From Bdellovibrionales bacterium (GTDB lineage: Bacteria; Bdellovibrionota; Bdellovibrionia; Bdellovibrionales; UBA1609), in assembly GCA_014323935.1 (NCBI GenBank), contig JACOND010000005.1, forward strand, positions 17,428 to 81,427: a DNA stretch of 64,000 bases, written 5' to 3'. The notes below the pieces were generated by a model, which was given only the letters and a program-made list of their open reading frames with translations, had not been told where the DNA came from and made no database searches. Numbering within the stretch: the stretch's first letter is position 1; each line of letters begins with the position of its first letter. Of this stretch, positions 18,704 through 26,580 are shown one piece after another. A program made the translations under genes and the position numbers.

Positions 18704-19261
18704 TTAATTTAAATTTTTTTTAAGAGTATTTCGATTGAGACCTAAAAAATAAGCCGTTTTTATTTTATTATAATTAAAATGTTTTAACGTGGTGTGAATA
18801 ATGGTTTGTTTGATTGGATTTCCTATTTTAAATAGAATATTGTTATTAGGTAATTTATTATAAGACATCTCCAAATAAAGTTTAGCGTGTGAAACTGTTA
18901 AAAGATTTAAAGAAGATATAGAACTTAAAAAGAGTTCACTTAGATAAAAGGTAGAAGAGATATTTTTAGTTAGAAGTTTGTCGATATCTAAATGGTAATA
19001 AAGAATTTTCTTTTTAAGGGTGTTTCGGTTAATGTTTAAGGCATGAGCTGTTTTTAATTGATTGCCTCTATTTTTTTGGAGAATAACTTCAATAAGGGCC
19101 TGTTCTACAGGCTCATAGAAGGTTTTGAGAATTCTTTGACCTAAAGGTTTTTGGTTTAGAAAAAAAAGGAGTTTTTTTTGGACAATATCTTCAAGTTTTA
19201 CTGCATTTAGATTGATAATAATGGAATGTTTGGCTTGACTGATAGGAGGTTGTAAGTCCAT
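18704..19261 (-). CDS. protein with two tandem Fis/NtrC-type (HTH_8) DNA-binding domains
   Basis: Likely start is MDLQPP at 19261. First HTH: VEQALIEVILQKNRGNQLKTAHALNINRNTLKKKI. Second HTH: IKQTIIHTTLKHFNYNKIKTAYFLGLNRNTLKKNL. Ends 9 nt upstream of dnaB. Confidence 0.6.
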   Translation of the reverse strand: MDLQPPISQAKHSIIINLNAVKLEDIVQKKLLFFLNQKPLGQRILKTFYEPVEQALIEVILQKNRGNQLKTAHALNINRNTLKKKILYYHLDIDKLLTKNISSTFYLSELFLSSISSLNLLTVSHAKLYLEMSYNKLPNNNILFKIGNPIKQTIIHTTLKHFNYNKIKTAYFLGLNRNTLKKNLN

Positions 19262-19357
19262 ATAATAATTAATAATATTTAATGCTAAAAAAAGCAATTT
19301 AAAAAAAAATAAAAAAACAGACTTTTTCTTTATTAAAAATTTATTTATAATTAAACT

Positions 19358-21808
19358 ATGTCTTGGAGTAAGAAAATAAAAGAAAAAACTAAAAAAAATA
19401 GGTTAAAAGCTTTTTTTATATTAGCTTTTTTAATTTTTTTAAGTTTAAGTCTTTATAGCTATCATCCGCAAGATACTTCTTTAAATTCTGTAGGTTTTTC
19501 TTTAAAAGTAAGTAATTATTGTGGTTTTGTAGGGGCTACTTTAGCCGATTTTATATATCAGTTTTTTGGTTTTCTTGGGGCATGGTTAATTGTTTTAACG
19601 ACTTTAGGGGTGGTTTGTAAACTTTTTCTACAACCTTTAAGTGAGAATTATCTCAGTCATTTTATAGTTTTTATAGTTTTTTTATTTTCCTTTGTAAGTT
19701 TAGCTGCACTCCATTTTCCCTTAGTGAGTTTTTACAATCAGGAAATTAGTTTAGCTGGATTTTTTGGTCTTAAGTTTGTCTCTATTTTTAAACCTTTTTT
19801 TGGAACTATTGGAACGGGAATTATTTTATGGTCTATTTTTATAGTCTTTTTTATTCTTTATGGACAATTTCTTTATCCTTTACTTTTAAGATTTCCTAAA
19901 AAACTTTTAATTTCTCTATTTTTATTTACTAAGCAAAAAGGGAATTCATTAAAATTTTTATTTCGTTTTGGATACAAACATTTTTTTAAACTAGGACTTG
20001 TTAAATTTCTAAAAAAAATAAAAAAACAATTTAAATCGGTTTTTAGATTTTTTAGATTAAAGAAAAATTTCAAGAAAAAAGATAAAAATTTGAATCTAGG
20101 TTTACAAAAAACTGTCTTTGATGAAAAAAAAGAAATTTCATCAAAAGACTCTTTAAATTTAAACTCTCTATCTATAAAAAAATCTGCTTTAGGAGATGAA
20201 TTTTCAATCAAAGAAAATTCTGATTCTGATTTAAAATTAAATCCTTTAAAAGAAAAAAACTCTAAACCTTCTTTTGCTGTTTTAAATAAACCTGATTCCT
20301 TCGATGTTAGGCAGCTTCCTTCTATTAATTTGTTATCAGACCCTCCCTCGGTTTCTAAAAAGATAAGTTCTCAAGAGGTTGAAGAACTTTCTAAAAAACT
20401 TTTAGATAAACTCAAACAGTTTTCTATTGAAGGTCAAATTAAAGCTATTAAAACGGGACCGGCTCTCGTTTTATTTGAGTATAAACCGGAAAATCATGTC
20501 AAAGTAAGTCAAATAAAAAATATGGAAAGTGATTTGAGTTTAGCTTTAAGTAGTGAGTCTGTTCGTATTATTGCTCCTATTCCTGGAAGAGATGTTATAG
20601 GGATTGAAGCTTCTATGCCTTTTAGGGAAATGGTTTATTTAAAAACACTTCTTCAAGAGGAAGATTTTTCAAAAATAACTTTACCCTTAGTTTTAGGTCG
20701 TAGAGCCGATAATAAGGTTGGGATTAAAGATTTAGCTCGTATTCCTCATTTGTTAGTTGCAGGGACAACAGGTTCAGGTAAGTCTATGTTTATTATTAGC
20801 TTTATTTGTTCTTTATTATTTCGTCACACTCCTGATAATTTAAAATTTTTATTGATAGATCCTAAGCAAGTTGATCTATCTAGTTTTAAAGGAATTCCTC
20901 ATTTATTAGCTCCTATTATTCATTCTGTTTCTTCAGCTATTCAATCTTTACACTGGGCTATTCAAGAAATGGAGAAAAGATATCGTTCTTTAGCTGAATT
21001 CAAAGTTCGAGATCATAAATCCTTTAATCAAGTCGTGACAAAACTTTCTCAAAAAGAGAAAGATTTTCATGAACAAAAGAGTCAAGAAATAGAAGATACT
21101 TATTATTTTCAAAAGATTCCTTTAATAACCATTGTTATTGAAGAGTTTGGAGATCTCATGGCAGATCCTACAGCTCGGCGTCCTATTGAAAATGCGGTGG
21201 TTCGTCTCGCTCAAAAAGCAAGAGCTAGTGGTATTCATTTAGTTTTAGCGATGCAAAGTCCTAGAAAGGATGTTGTAACAGGTTTAATAAAAACAAATAT
21301 ACCAGGTCGTATTAGTTTTAAGGTAGCAAGTGGAACGGATTCTAGAATCATATTAGATGATATGGGAGCTGAAAGATTACTTTCTCATGGAGATATGCTG
21401 TTTTTAGAGCCAGGAAGTTTAAAAGCAGCTCGCTATCATGGTCCTTTTATGAGAGATCGAGAAGTGTCTGCAATCGCCTCTTATTGGAGAGATCTTAGTG
21501 AATCTTTTTATGAGGAAAATTTGATGGAAATTTTAAACAAAGGAGAAACTCAACAATCTAGTTTTAAAGGGCATTCTCTTAAAAAAGACTCAATGTATAA
21601 TGAAATTTTAGATTTTGTTAAAACTTGTGACGTTATAAGTGCTTCTCTTTTACAGAGAAAATTTCAAATTGGTTATCCTAGAGCAGGACGTATCATTCAG
21701 GATTTGTTTGATAAGGGAGAGATAGGTCCTCCTAGAGGCAGTAAACCTCGTCTTGTTTTAAATAAAAAAAACAAATCTTCTAGAGAAGTTGAAAATCCTA
21801 GATTTTAA
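19358..21808 (+). CDS. ftsK: DNA translocase FtsK
   Basis: 816 aa. N-terminal TM segments, a Lys-rich linker, Walker A GTTGSGKS, Walker B IVIEEF and a C-terminal gamma wHTH (LLQRKFQIGYPRAGRIIQDL). Confidence 0.95.
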   Translation: MSWSKKIKEKTKKNRLKAFFILAFLIFLSLSLYSYHPQDTSLNSVGFSLKVSNYCGFVGATLADFIYQFFGFLGAWLIVLTTLGVVCKLFLQPLSENYLSHFIVFIVFLFSFVSLAALHFPLVSFYNQEISLAGFFGLKFVSIFKPFFGTIGTGIILWSIFIVFFILYGQFLYPLLLRFPKKLLISLFLFTKQKGNSLKFLFRFGYKHFFKLGLVKFLKKIKKQFKSVFRFFRLKKNFKKKDKNLNLGLQKTVFDEKKEISSKDSLNLNSLSIKKSALGDEFSIKENSDSDLKLNPLKEKNSKPSFAVLNKPDSFDVRQLPSINLLSDPPSVSKKISSQEVEELSKKLLDKLKQFSIEGQIKAIKTGPALVLFEYKPENHVKVSQIKNMESDLSLALSSESVRIIAPIPGRDVIGIEASMPFREMVYLKTLLQEEDFSKITLPLVLGRRADNKVGIKDLARIPHLLVAGTTGSGKSMFIISFICSLLFRHTPDNLKFLLIDPKQVDLSSFKGIPHLLAPIIHSVSSAIQSLHWAIQEMEKRYRSLAEFKVRDHKSFNQVVTKLSQKEKDFHEQKSQEIEDTYYFQKIPLITIVIEEFGDLMADPTARRPIENAVVRLAQKARASGIHLVLAMQSPRKDVVTGLIKTNIPGRISFKVASGTDSRIILDDMGAERLLSHGDMLFLEPGSLKAARYHGPFMRDREVSAIASYWRDLSESFYEENLMEILNKGETQQSSFKGHSLKKDSMYNEILDFVKTCDVISASLLQRKFQIGYPRAGRIIQDLFDKGEIGPPRGSKPRLVLNKKNKSSREVENPRF

Positions 21809-21868
21809 ATAAAAATTAAAACAATTCAAAAATAAAGGGAATTATACATGTTAGTAAACTTAGTAAAA

Positions 21869-21903
21869 CTATAACAGAGGCTTTATAAAAAAAACCATCG
21901 TTT
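21869..21903. repeat. left copy of a perfect 35-bp inverted repeat bracketing the pilin gene
   Basis: CTATAACAGAGGCTTTATAAAAAAAACCATCGTTT. Its exact reverse complement is at 23099-23133. Confidence 0.9.
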
Positions 21904-21935
21904 CAAAAGAATTTTAAGGACTTAAATTTTTTTAA

Positions 21936-21964
21936 TAGAAATTTGTGTATAAATTATGTATAAT
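21936..21964 (+). promoter_or_regulatory. candidate sigma-70 promoter for the pilin gene
   Basis: TAGAAA, a 17-nt spacer, then TATAAT (21959-21964), 24 nt upstream of the ATG. An AAGGAG SD follows. The promoter lies inside the inverted-repeat bracket. Confidence 0.3.
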
Positions 21965-21987
21965 TAGTTAAAAAAGGAGAACTTAAA

Positions 21988-22482
21988 ATGAATCAAGAGT
22001 TAGAAAAATTGAATTCTATGGGTAATAAAGGTTTTTCTCTTATAGAGTTGTTGGTTGTTGTTGCTATTATTGGAGTTTTAGCAGCGGTTGCGATTCCAGC
22101 TTATAACAGATACAAAAACAATGCAAAAACTTCAGCTGTACTAGGTACAATTAACACTATAAACAAAGCTTTTAAATCTTGTATGGCTGTAAAAACTTTT
22201 ACAGATTGTATCCCTTGTTCTGGTTCTAATACTGCGTATAATGCTGGAGATAAGATTATTGATGATACTTTAGAGTTACAAGAAGGAATATCTGTACTGT
22301 GTAGAAAAGGTGTTACAAAAGCTTGTCTTCAGGTTGTTCATAGACCGGCTACGAACGATAAAAAACACAGGGCTTGCATGCTATTTAGTGATACTGGTAG
22401 TGCTGGTGAGGTGGCGATAGATGATACTACTAAACAGGGTAGATGTTCTGGTTCTACTGATAGCAATATACAATGTCAATAG
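21988..22482 (+). CDS. pilA: type IV (T4a-like) major pilin
   Basis: Class III signal: leader MNQELEKLNSMGNKG then FSLIELLVVVAIIGVLAAVAIPAY (prepilin peptidase site G|F, Glu+5). Strong SD upstream. The C-terminal globular part contains 8 Cys. Confidence 0.85.
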   Translation: MNQELEKLNSMGNKGFSLIELLVVVAIIGVLAAVAIPAYNRYKNNAKTSAVLGTINTINKAFKSCMAVKTFTDCIPCSGSNTAYNAGDKIIDDTLELQEGISVLCRKGVTKACLQVVHRPATNDKKHRACMLFSDTGSAGEVAIDDTTKQGRCSGSTDSNIQCQ

Positions 22483-23098
22483 ACACACTTTTTTGACGAA
22501 ACTGAGAAGTCTATGAAGGTACTCCTCTGAGTTTAAGATTTGTATTTTTAAAAAATAACTTTAATTTTTTTTAAATAGAAGAACAGATATGCTATTGATC
22601 TTATTACTTTGAAATTAGTTTACAATGGATAAAATGACCCTAATGAGGCTAGTACCTTGGTATTTCAAAAATACAATCTCATTAAAAAACTAGAGTTTTG
22701 TATTCTTACTTGAAAATTCTAAGCTTATAAAACCTTTTATCTTACTAATTTATCCTTCTAAATTAGTATTTAATATAATTTTTTTCAAATTCTTGTATAC
22801 ATTTGACTTTAACTTGAAGTCCTTAGAAATAAAGAATGACGACATCTTTGCATATCATAAAGCTTCTCTTAAATTTTTATTTATTTAAAGTTTATCTTTT
22901 ATGATTTTTTTACTAAAAAGAGTTAACTTTTGTCTATGGTATCTATTTCACAATTCCCTTTATCTCGTCTAAATTCAAACTTCTTCAAGTATCTATATGA
23001 GGTGATTTTCAATGCCCGCTTTTTGTTTCATTTTTCTATAGTTTTTTTTATAAAAATTTAAATCCCTTAAACTCTGTGTTAAAAATCTTTGAAAATCA

Positions 23099-23133
23099 AA
23101 ACGATGGTTTTTTTTATAAAGCCTCTGTTATAG
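23099..23133. repeat. right copy of the perfect 35-bp inverted repeat
   Basis: AAACGATGGTTTTTTTTATAAAGCCTCTGTTATAG, the reverse complement of 21869-21903 (35/35). Confidence 0.9.
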
Positions 23134-23221
23134 CTTGATTAGGTATTACAGTCACATTTAAATTTCCTAAAATAAATAAAAAGGCTTAAGCTTTTTCAAA
23201 AGCTAACCGATAGTCTTGATA

Positions 23222-23500
23222 ATGAGTGAAAAAAGAAATTGTATGAAGGGGGTTTTTATTTTAGCTTTACTGTTTTTTTCTAATTATGCTTTATCTGATA
23301 AAATTGATAGAAAGCCTTTGAGTTTACAAAACTTAGACAGTCAAGAACACAAAACAGATAAGCAAAAATGCCTACTTAAAAACAAAAAAGAACAACAAAT
23401 CTATACAAACTGTATGTCTAATTATAAACAAAACAAGGAACTTTTTGATAATTTGTATTTATGTTCAAGACCTTCTTCGTTAAACTGTCTATATCTATAA
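23222..23500 (+). CDS. small hypothetical secreted protein
   Basis: Track ORF starts at TTG 23216. An ATG at 23222 or 23243 gives the signal-peptide-like MKGVFILALLFFSNYALS. No domain recognised. Confidence 0.35.
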   Translation: MSEKRNCMKGVFILALLFFSNYALSDKIDRKPLSLQNLDSQEHKTDKQKCLLKNKKEQQIYTNCMSNYKQNKELFDNLYLCSRPSSLNCLYL

Positions 23501-23514
23501 AAAAATGGCTTGAT

Positions 23515-25965
23515 TTATTGACAAGATTCACAAATTTCAGGAGTTTCTAAGTTATTTTCATAAGAGGAATTATGAATCTTTTTTGTATTTTGAGAATCAA
23601 CTGTCACTTTTGCAATGGAAGAGGCAGGACGAGATCTGAGATAATAACTTGTTTTAAGTCCTTTTTTCCAAGCATACATATACATACTAGATAGTTTATT
23701 AATGGTTGGATTTTCTACAAACAAATTGAGAGATTGACTTTGATCTATGTAAGGTCCTCTTGCAATCGCCATATCAATAAGAGTTTTTTGTGAAATTTCC
23801 CAAGATGTTTTATAAAGCTCTTTTATTTTTTGTGGTATCTCTGCTATGTTTTGAATAGAACCTTCTTGAAGCTTAATCTTTTCTTTAATATCTGAAGTCC
23901 AAAGCCTCTCTTTTTTTAAATCTTGAACGAGATACTTATTTATTTGAAGAAATTCTCCAGATAAAGTTTCTCTTTTAAATAAATTAGATATCTGAGGTTC
24001 TATGGATTCATGAACCCCTACAATAGAGGAAATGGTGGCTGTAGGAGCTATGGCAATAATTAAAGAATTTCTCAAGCCTTGTTTTTTAATAAGAGCTTTT
24101 AATTTATCCCAGCGATTTTGATCTTTAGGTGTAAAGTTCCACAAGTCAAATTGAAGATGTCCTTGACTCGCTCTTGTTTCAGAGAATTTTTTATGAGGAC
24201 TGTATTTTTTAGCTAAATCACAAGAAGTAGATAGAGCATGGTAATAAATCTCTTCTTGGATTTTTTTTGTAAGTTTGAAAGCTTCTGGACTTTCAAATGG
24301 AATTTGCATTTTGAAAAAGAGATCTTGTAAGCCCATTAAGCCTAAACCAACCGGTCTCCAAGATTTATTGGATTTTTTTGCATTTCCAATGGGATAGAAA
24401 TTGATATCAATAACTTTATCTAAAAAAGTAATAGCAATACTTACATTATCCGCTAGTTTTTTCCAATTGATATCTTTTGTTTGAGAATCATAGTAATTAG
24501 AAATATTAATAGAACCTAAGTTGCATACAGCTGTTTCCTTTTCAGATGTAACTTCTAAAATTTCTGTGCAAAGATTAGATAAGTGAATGACGTTTTCTGG
24601 TTTAAGGGTTTGTGAGCTTTTTTTATTAGAATGATCTTTGAAATTCATCCAGCCGTTTCCTGTTTCTGCTAAAGTTTTCATCATTTTTGCATAAAGTTTT
24701 CTAGCCATAATAGTCTTTGTGGCTAATCCTTCTTCTTCAGCTTTTTGATATTTTTCCTCAAATTCTTCTCCAAAACTATCTACGAATTCAGGAACATCTT
24801 TGGGATCAAATAAAGACCACAGTTTATCTTCTTCAACTCTTTTCATAAAAAGGTCAGGAACCCAATTGGCAAGATTTAAATTATGAGTTCTTTGCTGTTC
24901 GTCTCCTGTGTTATCTCTAAGTTCTAAAAAGGCTTCGATATCTTGATGCCAAGTATCTAAGTAAATGCATGCAGCCCCTTTTCTCCGCCCCCCCTGGTTG
25001 ACAGCAGCCACAGAGGAATCTAAAGTTTTAAGAAAGGGGATAATTCCGTTTGATTTTCCGTTTGTTCCTTTAATAAGAGAACCACGACTACGAATTCTAG
25101 AAAAAGATAAACCAATACCTCCTGCAAACTTAGATAAAAGAGCGACATCTTTGTATTTATCATAAATAGCAGATAAATCATCTTTAGGAGAATCTAAAAG
25201 ATAACAAGAAGAAAGTTGAGATCTCATCCCTGCCGAATTAAATAAAGTCGGAGAGCTGGGCATATAATCTAAATTGGAAATTAAGTCATAAAAAGTTTTT
25301 GCTTCCTTAAAAGAACTTGATAAACCGCAAGCTACTCTTAGAAAAAAGTATTGAGGGCTTTCAATAACTTGGCGAGTGACAGGGGCTTTTAAAAGATAGC
25401 GATCATAGACTGTTTTAAGTCCAAAATATTCGAATTTTTGAGTTCGAGAATTGTCAATAATAATATTTAAAGCTTCTTTATTTTCTCTAATAAAATCATA
25501 CTTTTCTTTGTTGATGAGACCTGATTTATAACCTGTTTTAACAGAAGCAAAGAAGTTATTAATACCTTGGGTTTCAACCTCTTCGTGTATGTAACGAATA
25601 AGCAAACGAGCCGAAAGTTTAGAATAATCAGGATCATCAGAAATTAAGAAAGAAGCTGTTCTTATGCAAAGTCTGTCAAGTTCTTTTGTACTGGCTCCGT
25701 CGTATAAGCCACTTATAACTTTTGTAGCGACCCTCATGGGATCCACTTCATTTAAGCCAGAAGAGCAAGCTAAAACAACATTGATAATTTTATTAACATT
25801 TACAGGTTCATAACTATTATCTCTTTTCTTAACTCTCATAATTTTAGGACCTGAGAGTTGAGAGTTTTCCTCATTTATTAAGTCTTCTTTAAAAGAAGAA
25901 TTAATAGGAGTTTGATGGAGAGGCTTTGTCGTATTTTGATTTAAAAGGGAGGATGATTTATCCAT
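23515..25965 (-). CDS. nrdA: ribonucleoside-diphosphate reductase, class I alpha subunit
   Basis: 816 aa. ATP-cone (MRVKKRDNSYEPVNVNKI) after a 44-aa N-terminal extension. Catalytic blocks NLCTEI, CNLGSIN and PTATIS. Radical-transfer Tyr pair in KTSYYLR (class I hallmark). C-terminal CESC redox pair. No nrdB in the window. Confidence 0.9.
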   Translation of the reverse strand: MDKSSSLLNQNTTKPLHQTPINSSFKEDLINEENSQLSGPKIMRVKKRDNSYEPVNVNKIINVVLACSSGLNEVDPMRVATKVISGLYDGASTKELDRLCIRTASFLISDDPDYSKLSARLLIRYIHEEVETQGINNFFASVKTGYKSGLINKEKYDFIRENKEALNIIIDNSRTQKFEYFGLKTVYDRYLLKAPVTRQVIESPQYFFLRVACGLSSSFKEAKTFYDLISNLDYMPSSPTLFNSAGMRSQLSSCYLLDSPKDDLSAIYDKYKDVALLSKFAGGIGLSFSRIRSRGSLIKGTNGKSNGIIPFLKTLDSSVAAVNQGGRRKGAACIYLDTWHQDIEAFLELRDNTGDEQQRTHNLNLANWVPDLFMKRVEEDKLWSLFDPKDVPEFVDSFGEEFEEKYQKAEEEGLATKTIMARKLYAKMMKTLAETGNGWMNFKDHSNKKSSQTLKPENVIHLSNLCTEILEVTSEKETAVCNLGSINISNYYDSQTKDINWKKLADNVSIAITFLDKVIDINFYPIGNAKKSNKSWRPVGLGLMGLQDLFFKMQIPFESPEAFKLTKKIQEEIYYHALSTSCDLAKKYSPHKKFSETRASQGHLQFDLWNFTPKDQNRWDKLKALIKKQGLRNSLIIAIAPTATISSIVGVHESIEPQISNLFKRETLSGEFLQINKYLVQDLKKERLWTSDIKEKIKLQEGSIQNIAEIPQKIKELYKTSWEISQKTLIDMAIARGPYIDQSQSLNLFVENPTINKLSSMYMYAWKKGLKTSYYLRSRPASSIAKVTVDSQNTKKIHNSSYENNLETPEICESCQ

Positions 25966-26019
25966 TTAGACCCTTTCATTTGAAAATAAATTACCATACT
26001 TTAGAATCCTCCTTTAATT

Positions 26020-26290
26020 TATGCAAAATGTTGAAAAAGACATTTCTAAAGTATTAAAAAGGATATGACTTGTCAATTGTATAAATTTTATACAAGGTAT
26101 TGAAAAAGATATTTTTTTACCTAAAAGTCTTAAAAGAAAGATATTACTTGTTAATTATATAAATTTTACGCAAGGTATTGAAAAAGATATTTTTTTACCT
26201 AAAGTCTTAAAAAAAGATATGACTTGTCAATTGTATAAATTTATGTAAGGTATTGAAAATTACCTAAAAAAGATATGACTTGTTAATAAC
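26020..26290. repeat. degenerate tandem repeat array, unit about 77 bp, roughly 3.5 copies
   Basis: Units start at 26062, 26140, 26216 and 26272 (partial), with a partial unit before 26062. Unit: GATATGACTTGTCAATTGTATAAATTTTATACAAGGTATTGAAAAAGATATTTTTTTACCTAAAAGTCTTAAAAG. Copy 1 carries the perfect 19-bp palindrome TTGTATAAATTTTATACAA (26077-26095). Confidence 0.85.
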
Positions 26291-26580
26291 TTTGTTAAAA
26301 CTAATGTGGTTGTCATGGGAACAATCTCCTACTAATAAAGGAGTTAGAAAGTAGTAGAATTCATCTATATGGATAAAAGCACATTTCTTCACGAAGCAAA
26401 TAAATATGTTAAAGATGGGTTTACAACTAAATAGTAAAAATTTTTGAGTTTTAATAAAAGTAGAATATAAATGAATTTATTTTTTAAATCAAGAAAATTG
26501 TAATAAAGTCACAATGGAAATTTTAAAATCTTTACATGAAAATATAGCTAGTAAAAGATTAACTTATAAAGAAAAATAAC

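Noticed and set aside
19873-20211. 112-aa ORF antisense to the ftsK linker region
   Set aside because: The low-complexity Lys/Phe-rich translation mirrors the low-complexity FtsK linker, so this is a shadow ORF.
21940-21975. dif-like XerC/D site near ftsK (TTTGTGTATAAATTATGTATAATTAG)
   Set aside because: No 11-6-11 arm/spacer arrangement with CATAA/TTATG inner arms can be fitted. It is more simply the pilA -10 region.
24965-25165. 66-aa ORF antisense to nrdA
   Set aside because: It lies within the conserved catalytic core of nrdA on the opposite strand, with no start context or motifs.
23515-25965. Absence of nrdB next to nrdA as an anomaly, or class II assignment
   Set aside because: The YY radical-transfer pair and eukaryote-like R1 blocks indicate class I. 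Unlinked nrdA and nrdB genes occur in many genomes, so this is not noteworthy on its own.
26077-26095. NrdR box upstream of nrdA
   Set aside because: The palindrome TTGTATAAATTTTATACAA does not fit the ACAC...GTGT ends of the published NrdR consensus. The expected pair of boxes about 31-32 bp apart is also absent. It is kept only as an unassigned operator candidate.
26020-26290. Possible CRISPR array
   Set aside because: The units abut each other without unique spacers, are about 77 bp and mutually degenerate, and no cas genes are present. This is a plain tandem repeat.
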